Part shown: in pieces, positions 28,817 to 36,564 of the stretch
Numbering within the stretch: position 1 is the stretch's first letter
How the letters are laid out: every line of letters starts with the position of its first letter
DNA from: Phycisphaeraceae bacterium
Lineage (GTDB): Bacteria > Planctomycetota > Phycisphaerae > Phycisphaerales > Phycisphaeraceae
Reading direction: 5' to 3'
Assembly (NCBI GenBank): GCA_963674705.1
Contig: OY771506.1
Span: 352,001-416,000, forward strand
DNA length: 64,000 nt
The notes under the pieces: model-generated
What the model was told of the DNA's origin: nothing
Seen by the model: the letters and a program-made list of their open reading frames with translations, nothing else
Database searches by the model: none
Position numbers and translations under genes: made by a program

Positions 28817-29242
28817 TTAACTATCACCGAAGTAGTAGTCTTTTACAACATCCGTTTCAATGTCATATTCAAACCTCAACCAATGGCTCCATTCCGAACC
28901 AAACAGAGAGTATTTAAGATGAAACGGCCCATACTTGAACTTACCCTCTGAAGAAGCGTCCGGCTCCCCAAGCATGCTACGAACTTCCGTGGCCGATAGA
29001 TTGTCTAAATGATGATCGTGTACGAGACTATCCATCATCTACAGCCGATCTGCATTGTCTGCAGCCAACCATTCTTGTTCTGTGAATTCACGATTAAACA
29101 GCCCAAGCTCGTACACTTGAATCAACGGACTAGACTTCTGCGACGGGTAAAGACATACCAAGAAACATACCAACAATGCGATTATCGCAATAACGACATA
29201 TCGAATACGTCCGCGTTTCTGCTTGTTTATACGACTGCTCAC
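28817..29242 (-). pseudogene. Hypothetical membrane-anchored protein split by an in-frame TAG
   Basis: ORFs 29039-29242 and 28817-29038 abut in the same frame: ...EWLAADNADRL*MMDSL...LSATEVRSMLGEPD. Confidence 0.7.
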
Positions 29243-29405
29243 AGGATGCCCGTTTGCACCTTCGCTTAACTATACAACAATATAATAGCCGCATTGCAAC
29301 GCAATGCGGGCCCTGCGTTGCGTCGCAACGCAGCTATGACAGAAACCTCCGCGATACACCCGAACTACTTCGTCTGCGTCGCCTTCGTCAAAGTGCAGCG
29401 CTCTG

Positions 29406-30092
29406 CTAACCGCTGTTTGAAGTCGAGGCCGAATCGAGCCATTGACGGCCGCCGGGAACAATCACTTCAGACCAGCCAAAATATCCGTAGAAATGAAGTG
29501 AAATATCGTCCCGATGCCGTTCAGGCACACGGCCTTTGTAATACCACGATTGTCCATCGTCACCGGATATCGTGACTTCAAACTCAAGATAAGAACCTTC
29601 ATGACTGGGGTAGAAAAGCTCAGCACGCCTTGTGTGATCAGCAAATGATTCGATTTGCTGTGCATCTGTGATGTGAACGCCCGGATTATTCTCAACATAA
29701 ACCCACACGTCGGATATCTCAGCCGCAGTCAGCGAACGAATGAAACCGCGTTGCTGCTCCTGGGCATGCAGATCTGGCGCGACAAAAATCAGCGCAAACC
29801 CAGCGAACAATCCACAACCCCCGAACCCCATCACAATGAACCAGCCCGAGGTGGCGGGCCATCGCTCACGAACGCGTAGTTGCCAGATAGTACCCGGCAC
29901 CATCCCAACCGCGAACCCCGTTGTCATGCCGGCACAGAACTTAGTGAACCATAACGTGTGTGGCCAACACAGTTGCCAAATGAACAATGAGATTATGCCA
30001 CCGAGCACCACGCAAAGGAGCATGCGCCAGTGCCCCCCCACGTTGCAGCTTCGCGCTGAGGTTTCCCAATCAAGTCCTTGAAACATCCTCAT
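29406..30092 (-). CDS. Hypothetical membrane protein
   Basis: 228-aa ORF with three N-terminal TM segments; lower GC. Confidence 0.65.
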   Translation of the reverse strand: MRMFQGLDWETSARSCNVGGHWRMLLCVVLGGIISLFIWQLCWPHTLWFTKFCAGMTTGFAVGMVPGTIWQLRVRERWPATSGWFIVMGFGGCGLFAGFALIFVAPDLHAQEQQRGFIRSLTAAEISDVWVYVENNPGVHITDAQQIESFADHTRRAELFYPSHEGSYLEFEVTISGDDGQSWYYKGRVPERHRDDISLHFYGYFGWSEVIVPGGRQWLDSASTSNSG

Positions 30093-30150
30093 CGACCTTA
30101 TGACTGACCTGTTACCCCAGCTTGAGTCGAGTCACATTTTGATCCGCAGT

Positions 30151-30231
30151 GACAAAGTGCGCCGGAACACATTGCATTAAGATGATACATCCAGCGGCTG
30201 ATGCCTGTCATCGTTCAATCACCCCCAGAAC
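30151..30231 (+). repeat. 81-bp diverged direct repeat, copy 1
   Basis: 63/81 identical and ungapped versus 30665-30745 (manual alignment). Confidence 0.8.
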
Positions 30232-30279
30232 ATTTACAGAATCTCTGGCAAAGTGTGGCCCCCGGCATTAACTATATAT

Positions 30280-30618
30280 CTAGATTTGCTCACCGCATTC
30301 GGGACATTTGGGCTCGGATATGCCCTTGAGTATGTAGCCGCATTTGCGGCAGCGGCATTCGCCATCATCTTTCGCTCTCTTGATATATGAGTAGATAATG
30401 GCGGTTACGAGACAACCTAACGTGCCCATGGGAATCCAGAATACAAGCGTGCGATATAAGTAGACGCTCCAAAAATCACTTGGCACTTGGCTCTGAGCGT
30501 AAAAGCGGTAAACTGAAAAGTATGCATAAATGGCATACGCAATTGTGTATGCGAATACGCCGGACAAAACAGATACCATAAACCTTGATACTTCTAGCTT
30601 TGTTATCCGCATGGTCAA
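30280..30618 (-). CDS. 2-TM protein with C-terminal zinc ribbon
   Basis: CRKCGYILKGISEPKCPECG; AT-rich. Confidence 0.8.
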   Translation of the reverse strand: MTMRITKLEVSRFMVSVLSGVFAYTIAYAIYAYFSVYRFYAQSQVPSDFWSVYLYRTLVFWIPMGTLGCLVTAIIYSYIKRAKDDGECRCRKCGYILKGISEPKCPECGEQI

Positions 30619-30664
30619 CCCTTATGCCACCCAATAGCCGATCGCCACACTTTTGTCATACCGC

Positions 30665-30745
30665 GACAACGTGTGCCGGAATACATTGCATTCATATGAT
30701 ACATTCTGCGGTTGATGTCTGACGATGTACAAACACACACAGCAC
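30665..30745 (+). repeat. 81-bp diverged direct repeat, copy 2
   Basis: See 30151-30231. Confidence 0.8.
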
Positions 30746-30834
30746 TCTTTGCAGCTTTGCTGTTAAGGGACAATACCCGGTAAACCTTACGCGCAACGGG
30801 AATCCCAAAGACTTGCTGGAACAAGGTTGAACGC

Positions 30835-31155
30835 ATGCAATATGACGACTTGAAAGCTAAGTATCCCGAATTTATTGCTGGCTTGAAGCGACTGCCTTTG
30901 AATCGAAATAATGTCCCCCCTGAACTCCATGCATATATTCCATATGCAGAAGTATGGGGTGTGCCTGACGACCTTGAGCGAGAGCAACTTGCTGAACGAG
31001 CGCCTGAAGCCGCTAAAGCTGAAGTTGCCAGAATCGTTAAGGAAATCGATGATCAACTGGATGAATGGCTTGCTGGACCGGAAGCGGAAAGTGAGAATCC
31101 GTCGGATGAGTATGTGGCATTCTCCGCCATGCGTATGGCAGTTGACTTTATGTAA
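30835..31155 (+). CDS. Small acidic hypothetical protein
   Basis: 106-aa ORF (VPPELH.YIPYAE.WGV.DD..RE...WLAGPE) with AAGG SD; lower GC. Confidence 0.7.
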   Translation: MQYDDLKAKYPEFIAGLKRLPLNRNNVPPELHAYIPYAEVWGVPDDLEREQLAERAPEAAKAEVARIVKEIDDQLDEWLAGPEAESENPSDEYVAFSAMRMAVDFM

Positions 31156-31520
31156 CATGATGGACAACTAGCCGATTTATGTTCTCAAGTGCTACTGTAC
31201 ACATGTCTGCGCCATGGGTACGAGGATCGTGTCTTTGTAAGTTTATCCATGGGTAACTTGCCTATCCGAGATGGGCAGAAGCCGGTTACCGTCGCGCCCT
31301 AACGCGCCGATTCGTTGCGATCAAATCACCGCCTGCTCGACGGTCGGTTATCCACCACCTTACATGCGCACAGCCCTGTCGCGATTACCTGGCGCGCGCA
31401 CTTTTCTGCTTTCCCAATTTCCAGCTTTCAAGCTTTCCAGCTTTTTCAATTTCCCGCTCCCCCTCACCCCGCGTACAATGCCCGGCGACTGTGGCTTCGT
31501 GACTCATCGAGGGCTCGGGT

Positions 31521-32081
31521 GTGGAAAGTCAGGCATTCCGTGAATTGGCGTTGACGGAGATGGACGCTGTGTATCGCATGGCGATGCATCTGACGCGCAA
31601 TTCCGAGGACGCCTCCGACCTGGTGCAGGACACCTATCTCAAGGCGTTCAAGGCGGAAAAACGCTTTGAACTGCGTGAAAACGGGGTTCGGCCTTGGCTT
31701 TTCAAGATCCTGCACAACAACTTCTATACCCGCGTCGGCCGCAAGAGCCGGGAGCCTGTGCTTTCCGAGGACCTGTCGTATCAGCCGCACCAGGATGGCG
31801 ACCCGAGCCAGGACACGCCGGCGTGGGACCTGTCGCACCTGGACTGGGAGCAGGTCGACGATCGGCTCAAGCACGCAATCCATGAATTGCCAGAGCATTA
31901 CAGAGAGGTGCTATTGCTTTGGGCGGTGGAAGGATTGAAGTACCGGGAGGTCGCGGATGTGCTGGGTGTGCCGTTGGGCACGGTGATGAGCAGGCTGTAC
32001 CGGGCGAGGTCGATCCTCGCGGAGTCGCTGACCGGGCTGGCGGCGGAGCACGGGATAAGACCTGATGATGAAGGATCTTAG
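31521..32081 (+). CDS. ECF RNA polymerase sigma factor
   Basis: DASDLVQDTYLKAF, RPWLFKILHN and YREVADVLGVPLGTVMSRLYRAR motifs. Confidence 0.95.
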   Translation: MESQAFRELALTEMDAVYRMAMHLTRNSEDASDLVQDTYLKAFKAEKRFELRENGVRPWLFKILHNNFYTRVGRKSREPVLSEDLSYQPHQDGDPSQDTPAWDLSHLDWEQVDDRLKHAIHELPEHYREVLLLWAVEGLKYREVADVLGVPLGTVMSRLYRARSILAESLTGLAAEHGIRPDDEGS

Positions 32082-32104
32082 AGTAGACAGGCTGCCGGTG
32101 TATC

Positions 32105-32186
32105 GGGTGCCACATCTTGATCGCGCAGCGACAAGGTGTGCTGCTACCCACACACTTTGCTCCTGCGGAGTCAAAGTGTGGCACCC
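32105..32186. repeat. ~80-bp REPIN-like palindromic element, copy 1
   Basis: GGGTGCCACATCTTGA...TCAAAGTGTGGCACCC; near-identical copy at 42430-42510. Confidence 0.88.
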
Positions 32187-32361
32187 ATCCGAAACGCTCA
32201 ATGATGAAGCGTCGTAAACCGAGGCGTGGCAGAGGATTTTGCCGCGCTATGCTACGCGAAGTGCGATATAAAAAGACATAAAAATCTTGGTAATTCCCGG
32301 GAAGAAAACACAACGCTGCGGGGTTAGCTAAGCGGAGCAATCAAGGAAAACTTAGTCCACC

Positions 32362-33285
32362 ATGAGTACCGACTTCCCCCAACTCGATAAAGAGCAGCAA
32401 CTTGCGGCATTTGCCGACGGGGAACTCGATGGTGCGCAGAACCTCGAAGTGCTCAAACGGCTCAAGGAGGACCCCGCGACAGCCGGGCGAGTTGAGAATC
32501 AGCAGAAGCTGCGTCAGGCGGTCGCCGCCGCCATGGATGGCCCGGAGTTCAAGGCCCCCGCCGCCCTGCGCGATCAACTGATGCAACTCGCCAAGTCAAC
32601 GCCGGCAGAGTCGGGTAGTGATACCGAACCTGCTTCTGAACAACAAGTTAGCGATACCTCAGGACATGCGGGCGGTTCCTCGGTGCTGGCGGTGATCGGG
32701 CGCTGGATCCCCGCCGCCGTCGCCGCGATCCTGCTGATCGGCGCGCTGGTGGTGTTCAACCAGAACAACAACAGCTACAGACTCGGCGATACGCCGAACC
32801 TGATCAACGCATCCAATGTCCTGAACGCTTCCATCGTGGATCAGTTCGGCGACAGGCACTTCAAGTGTGCCCGGCACATGGCGAAGATGCACGGCGTCGA
32901 CAAGCTGCCGCAGAATCTGACCGAGCTGCCCGGGGCGCTCAGTGAATACTTCCACGAACCGATAAACCCGGAAGTGCTTGACTTCTCAGAACTTGGCTAT
33001 GAATTCGACGTCGCGGGCCTGTGCCTGATCCCGGGCAAGGGTGCGGTGCACGTGGTGTATCAGTCCAAAGCCTCGACCGGCCAGACCGACTCGCTGAGCC
33101 TGTGGATGCGGCCTAACGAAGAAGGCACAAGCATCGAGCCGGACAAGCTTTACGCCTCCAAAGCCACCGAAGAGACCTACCCCATGGTCGTCTGGCACCA
33201 CGGCGACATGGTCTACTACCTGGTCGGCGACAACCACGAGACCGTCGAGCGGGCCTTCGACCTCATCCGCACCAGCCAGGAATGA
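32362..33285 (+). CDS. Anti-sigma factor (RsiW-like, single TM)
   Basis: LAAFADGELD N-terminal anti-sigma motif, TM segment and periplasmic domain; lies downstream of an ECF sigma. Confidence 0.8.
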   Translation: MSTDFPQLDKEQQLAAFADGELDGAQNLEVLKRLKEDPATAGRVENQQKLRQAVAAAMDGPEFKAPAALRDQLMQLAKSTPAESGSDTEPASEQQVSDTSGHAGGSSVLAVIGRWIPAAVAAILLIGALVVFNQNNNSYRLGDTPNLINASNVLNASIVDQFGDRHFKCARHMAKMHGVDKLPQNLTELPGALSEYFHEPINPEVLDFSELGYEFDVAGLCLIPGKGAVHVVYQSKASTGQTDSLSLWMRPNEEGTSIEPDKLYASKATEETYPMVVWHHGDMVYYLVGDNHETVERAFDLIRTSQE

Positions 33286-33349
33286 ATCGATCTGCAAATT
33301 GAAGCGATCCGGGCGGATAACCGATCAACAAACGTCTAGAGATTAATCC

Positions 33350-33379
33350 TTGACGAATAAGGGTACTACGTGGTAGTAT
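33350..33379 (+). promoter_or_regulatory. sigma70 promoter of the ilvB leader
   Basis: TTGACG-18 nt-TAGTAT with an extended -10 TG. Confidence 0.6.
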
Positions 33380-33387
33380 AAGGGTCT

Positions 33388-33486
33388 ATGTTGTCCCTTG
33401 GACTCATTCTGATTACGGCCGTTCTGGCCCTGACGCTCCGCCTCGAGCTTGCTCGGGTAGCGGTATCACGCGTCGTTGTTAGCTGA
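33388..33486 (+). CDS. Putative ilvB leader (attenuator) peptide
   Basis: MLSLGLILITAVLALTLRLELARVAVSRVVVS: 17 of 32 codons are Leu/Ile/Val; ends 152 nt upstream of ilvB. Confidence 0.75.
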   Translation: MLSLGLILITAVLALTLRLELARVAVSRVVVS

Positions 33487-33638
33487 GCGGAAGACCCGCA
33501 CTCCCAGCTAAGCGTCCCCAACCCCGATCGAAACTCCTCGATTTAAACTCCTCTTAATCTATACCTGATATCATCAAAACCAGATGCTACCGGCTTATCC
33601 CGGCGGGCCTTACAGACAGATAGAAACGGAATTGAATC

Positions 33639-35429
33639 ATGATTCTCCACCACAAAAACCTGAACGCGGAATCCATCAAGACCACCGGCCACGGCGTGCC
33701 GACCGACAAGTACATCGGCATGACCGGCGCGCAGATCTTTCACGACCTGATGCGTGAGCACGGCGTCGAAGCGATCTTCGGTTATCCGGGAGGCGCGATC
33801 CTTCCGGTGTTCGATGCGATCCACGAGTCCGAATACTTCAAGTTCATCCTCTCGCGTCACGAACAAGGCGCGGGGCACATGGCCGAAGGCTATGCACGCG
33901 TGACCGGTAAGGTGGGCGTGGTGCTGGTGACATCGGGCCCGGGTGCGACGAACACGGTAACCCCGATGCAGGACGCGTTGATGGACGGCACGCCATTGAT
34001 CGTGTTTGCCGGCCAGGTGGCGACGGGTGCGATCGGTTCGGATGCGTTCCAGGAAGCGGACATGGTGGGCATCAGTCGGCCTTGCACGAAGTGGAACGTT
34101 CTCGTGAAACATGCGGCGGACCTGCCCCGTGCGATCAACCAGGCGTTCCATATTGCGACGAGTGGCCGACCCGGTCCGGTGTTTGTGGACTTGCCGAAGG
34201 ACATGACCGCCAGCGTGCTCAAAGAGCCGGTGTACGACCAGCCGCATCTGCCCGGTTTCCACATCCGTGAGTTGGGTACGAGCAGCGAGATCGAGCGCGT
34301 CGCGGAGATGATCAACAACGCGAAGAAACCGCTGTTTTACGTGGGCCAGGGTGTGATTCTTTCTGATGGCTGCGATGTGTTGCGGCAGTGTGCTGAGAAG
34401 GCGAACATCCCCGTGACGACGACGTTGCTGGGCCTGGGCGCGTTCGATCAGGAGTCGCCTTTGGCGTTGGACATGCTGGGCATGCACGGCGCTGCGTATG
34501 CGAACTGGGCGATGCGTGATGCGGACTGCGTGATCGCGGTGGGCGCGCGTTTTGATGACCGTGTGACGGGTAAGATTTCGGCGTTCGCGCCGGGCGCCCG
34601 TGCCGCGGAAGCCGAAGGGCGCGGCGGCATCATCCACTTCGACATCTCGCCGGACCAGATCAACAAGAGTGTGCCGGTGACAATCGGCGTTGAAGGTGAT
34701 GCACGTAAGAACCTCGAGTTGTTGCTGCCGTTGTTGAAGGATTCGGCGCGTGGTGAATGGTTATCACAGCTCACACAATGGAAGAAGGATTACCCGTTCA
34801 CGTATGAACATGATGAGCGTGAGTTCCACCTGAAGCCGCAGGCGGTGATCGAGGAGTTGTACAAGCAGACCAAGGGTGATGCGATCATCACGACGGGCGT
34901 GGGCCAGCACCAGATGTGGGCGGCGCAGTTCTACAAGTTCAAGACGCCGCGCCAGTGGGTGACGTCCGGCGGCCTGGGCACGATGGGTTTCGGTGTGCCG
35001 GCATCGGTGGGCGCGAAGCTCGGCGCGGGCGATACACCGGTGATCAACATCGACGGCGACGGCAGCTTCAGCATGACCGCGATGGAAATGACCACCGCGG
35101 CGCAGTACGGCATCGCCGCGAAGACCATTATCCTCAACAACGACTTCCAGGGGATGGTGAAGCAGTGGCAGGATTTGTTCTACCAGGAACGTTACAGCCA
35201 CACCGAGATGCACAACCCCGACTTCTGCAAGCTGATCGAGGCGATGCATTGCAAGGCGGTGCGCGTGACGAAACTCGCGGACCTGCCGGCGAAGATGAAA
35301 GAGTTCCTCGAACACGACGGCCCGGCGATCCTCGAAGCGATGGTCGAGAAGCACGAACACGTGTACCCGATGATGCCCGCGGGCAAGACGGTGGACGACA
35401 TGGTGCTTGGGCCGGCGGTGAAGAAGTGA
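33639..35429 (+). CDS. ilvB: Acetolactate synthase large subunit
   Basis: FGYPGGAILP, RHEQGAGHMAEGYAR, TSGPGATN, GARFDDRVTG and GDGSF..NN (TPP motif). Confidence 0.97.
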   Translation: MILHHKNLNAESIKTTGHGVPTDKYIGMTGAQIFHDLMREHGVEAIFGYPGGAILPVFDAIHESEYFKFILSRHEQGAGHMAEGYARVTGKVGVVLVTSGPGATNTVTPMQDALMDGTPLIVFAGQVATGAIGSDAFQEADMVGISRPCTKWNVLVKHAADLPRAINQAFHIATSGRPGPVFVDLPKDMTASVLKEPVYDQPHLPGFHIRELGTSSEIERVAEMINNAKKPLFYVGQGVILSDGCDVLRQCAEKANIPVTTTLLGLGAFDQESPLALDMLGMHGAAYANWAMRDADCVIAVGARFDDRVTGKISAFAPGARAAEAEGRGGIIHFDISPDQINKSVPVTIGVEGDARKNLELLLPLLKDSARGEWLSQLTQWKKDYPFTYEHDEREFHLKPQAVIEELYKQTKGDAIITTGVGQHQMWAAQFYKFKTPRQWVTSGGLGTMGFGVPASVGAKLGAGDTPVINIDGDGSFSMTAMEMTTAAQYGIAAKTIILNNDFQGMVKQWQDLFYQERYSHTEMHNPDFCKLIEAMHCKAVRVTKLADLPAKMKEFLEHDGPAILEAMVEKHEHVYPMMPAGKTVDDMVLGPAVKK

Positions 35430-35480
35430 GCATCGGGTAAGTCTTCTGGAATCAGCAGACAATAGTTGATGCTATGAAGA

Positions 35481-35703
35481 GGTCCGGACCTTCGCTGCGC
35501 TCAGGACCGGCGTTGGGAGGGGGAGTGAGATTGCTAATCTCTAATCGCTGATCGTTAATGTACGGGGTGATTTTAGCGATTAACGATTAGAGATTTCTGA
35601 GGTCCGGACCTTCGCTGCGCTCAGGACCGGCGTTGGGTGTGATTGTGTATTCAATGACGACCAACGCCGGTCCTGAGTCGACGCAGTCGGCGAAGGTCCG
35701 GGC
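35481..35703. repeat. Cluster of three family-A REPs and an inverted GATTAGC-type heptamer pair upstream of the RAYT
   Basis: Identical 37-bp copies at 35481 and 35601, inverted variant at 35661, heptamers at 35529-35596. Confidence 0.88.
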
Positions 35704-35741
35704 TTCTTTATTTTCATAATTACCGTTGATATGATGCGCCA

Positions 35742-36269
35742 ATGCCGACACCGGGTAAGCGCTGGTATCACATCATTCTAAATACTCATGGTTCCTGATT
35801 GCCCGGGGACCCACGTGGATTTCGTAGTCGTAAACATAGAAAACATAGCAGTGGTGATTACAAACATCCACCACCTAATGGCGAACATGCCGAACTGCAC
35901 GAATATGCGAAGCGTGTAAGCGGTGACGCGATTTGGATCAAACCGTCGCTCAGGTCGATTGTGGGAGAAACGATACTTGGAAAAATCGAGAAGCAGGAAC
36001 ATCGTGTTTTAGCGATCTCTGTTGGTTCCAATCACGCACATATCCTCGTCGAATTACCCGATAACCGATCGGTCGTCGGGGCTATCTGTGGGACATGGAA
36101 GCAGGCGGCTTCGCACAAAGTGCGTGAAGAATTGCCCGGCAATATTTGGGCGGAGGGTGGTGATCCGATACCCATCCGTGATGAAGCACATCACCGACGG
36201 GTGTATGAATATATCCTGCGGCACCTGGATGAGCATGCATGGATATGGTCGTTTAAAGATGAAAAGTGA
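35742..36269 (+). pseudogene. REP-associated tyrosine transposase (RAYT, Y1 HUH) with in-frame TGA at codon 19
   Basis: MPTPGKRWYHIILNTHGS*LPGDPRG...NHAHILV (HUH)...IWAEG...YEYI; flanked by REPs on both sides. Confidence 0.8.
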
Positions 36270-36321
36270 AGAGGTCCGGCCCTTCGCTGCGCTCAGAACC
36301 GGCGTTGGGGGGGAGGGGTTG

Positions 36322-36564
36322 TTAGTCGTCTGTTGTTTCTGAGAACTGCTGATCTGTCTGGTCGTCGTGTTTGTGCATGACGAGTTTTTCAAGCAGTGTG
36401 TCGATGTAGTAGCCGATGGACCAGGCGCTGACGATGCAGCAGGCGATGGCGTAGAGGACGTTGGACCAGAATAAACAAACAAATGCGCCGGCGAGGGTGA
36501 GCAGGCCGCAGGTTAAGAGTGAGAAGCGGAAGAACTGTTCGTTGTCGCCGAGGAATTTATTCAT
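36322..36564 (-). CDS. Small 2-TM hypothetical protein
   Basis: ATGA overlap with the recJ stop; two hydrophobic segments. Confidence 0.6.
   Translation of the reverse strand: MNKFLGDNEQFFRFSLLTCGLLTLAGAFVCLFWSNVLYAIACCIVSAWSIGYYIDTLLEKLVMHKHDDQTDQQFSETTDD

Noticed and set aside
35481..35703. Two identical 37-bp repeats 120 bp apart, CRISPR-like
   Set aside because: Only two direct copies plus an inverted one, the spacer is itself repetitive, copies are dispersed elsewhere, and there are no cas genes.
35796..35798. TGA at a Trp position (and TAG at 29039) as evidence of stop-codon reassignment
   Set aside because: TGA and TAG terminate conserved genes normally here (rplU, ilvB and moaA end in TGA; rpmG and tilS in TAG), and tRNA-Trp has a CCA anticodon.
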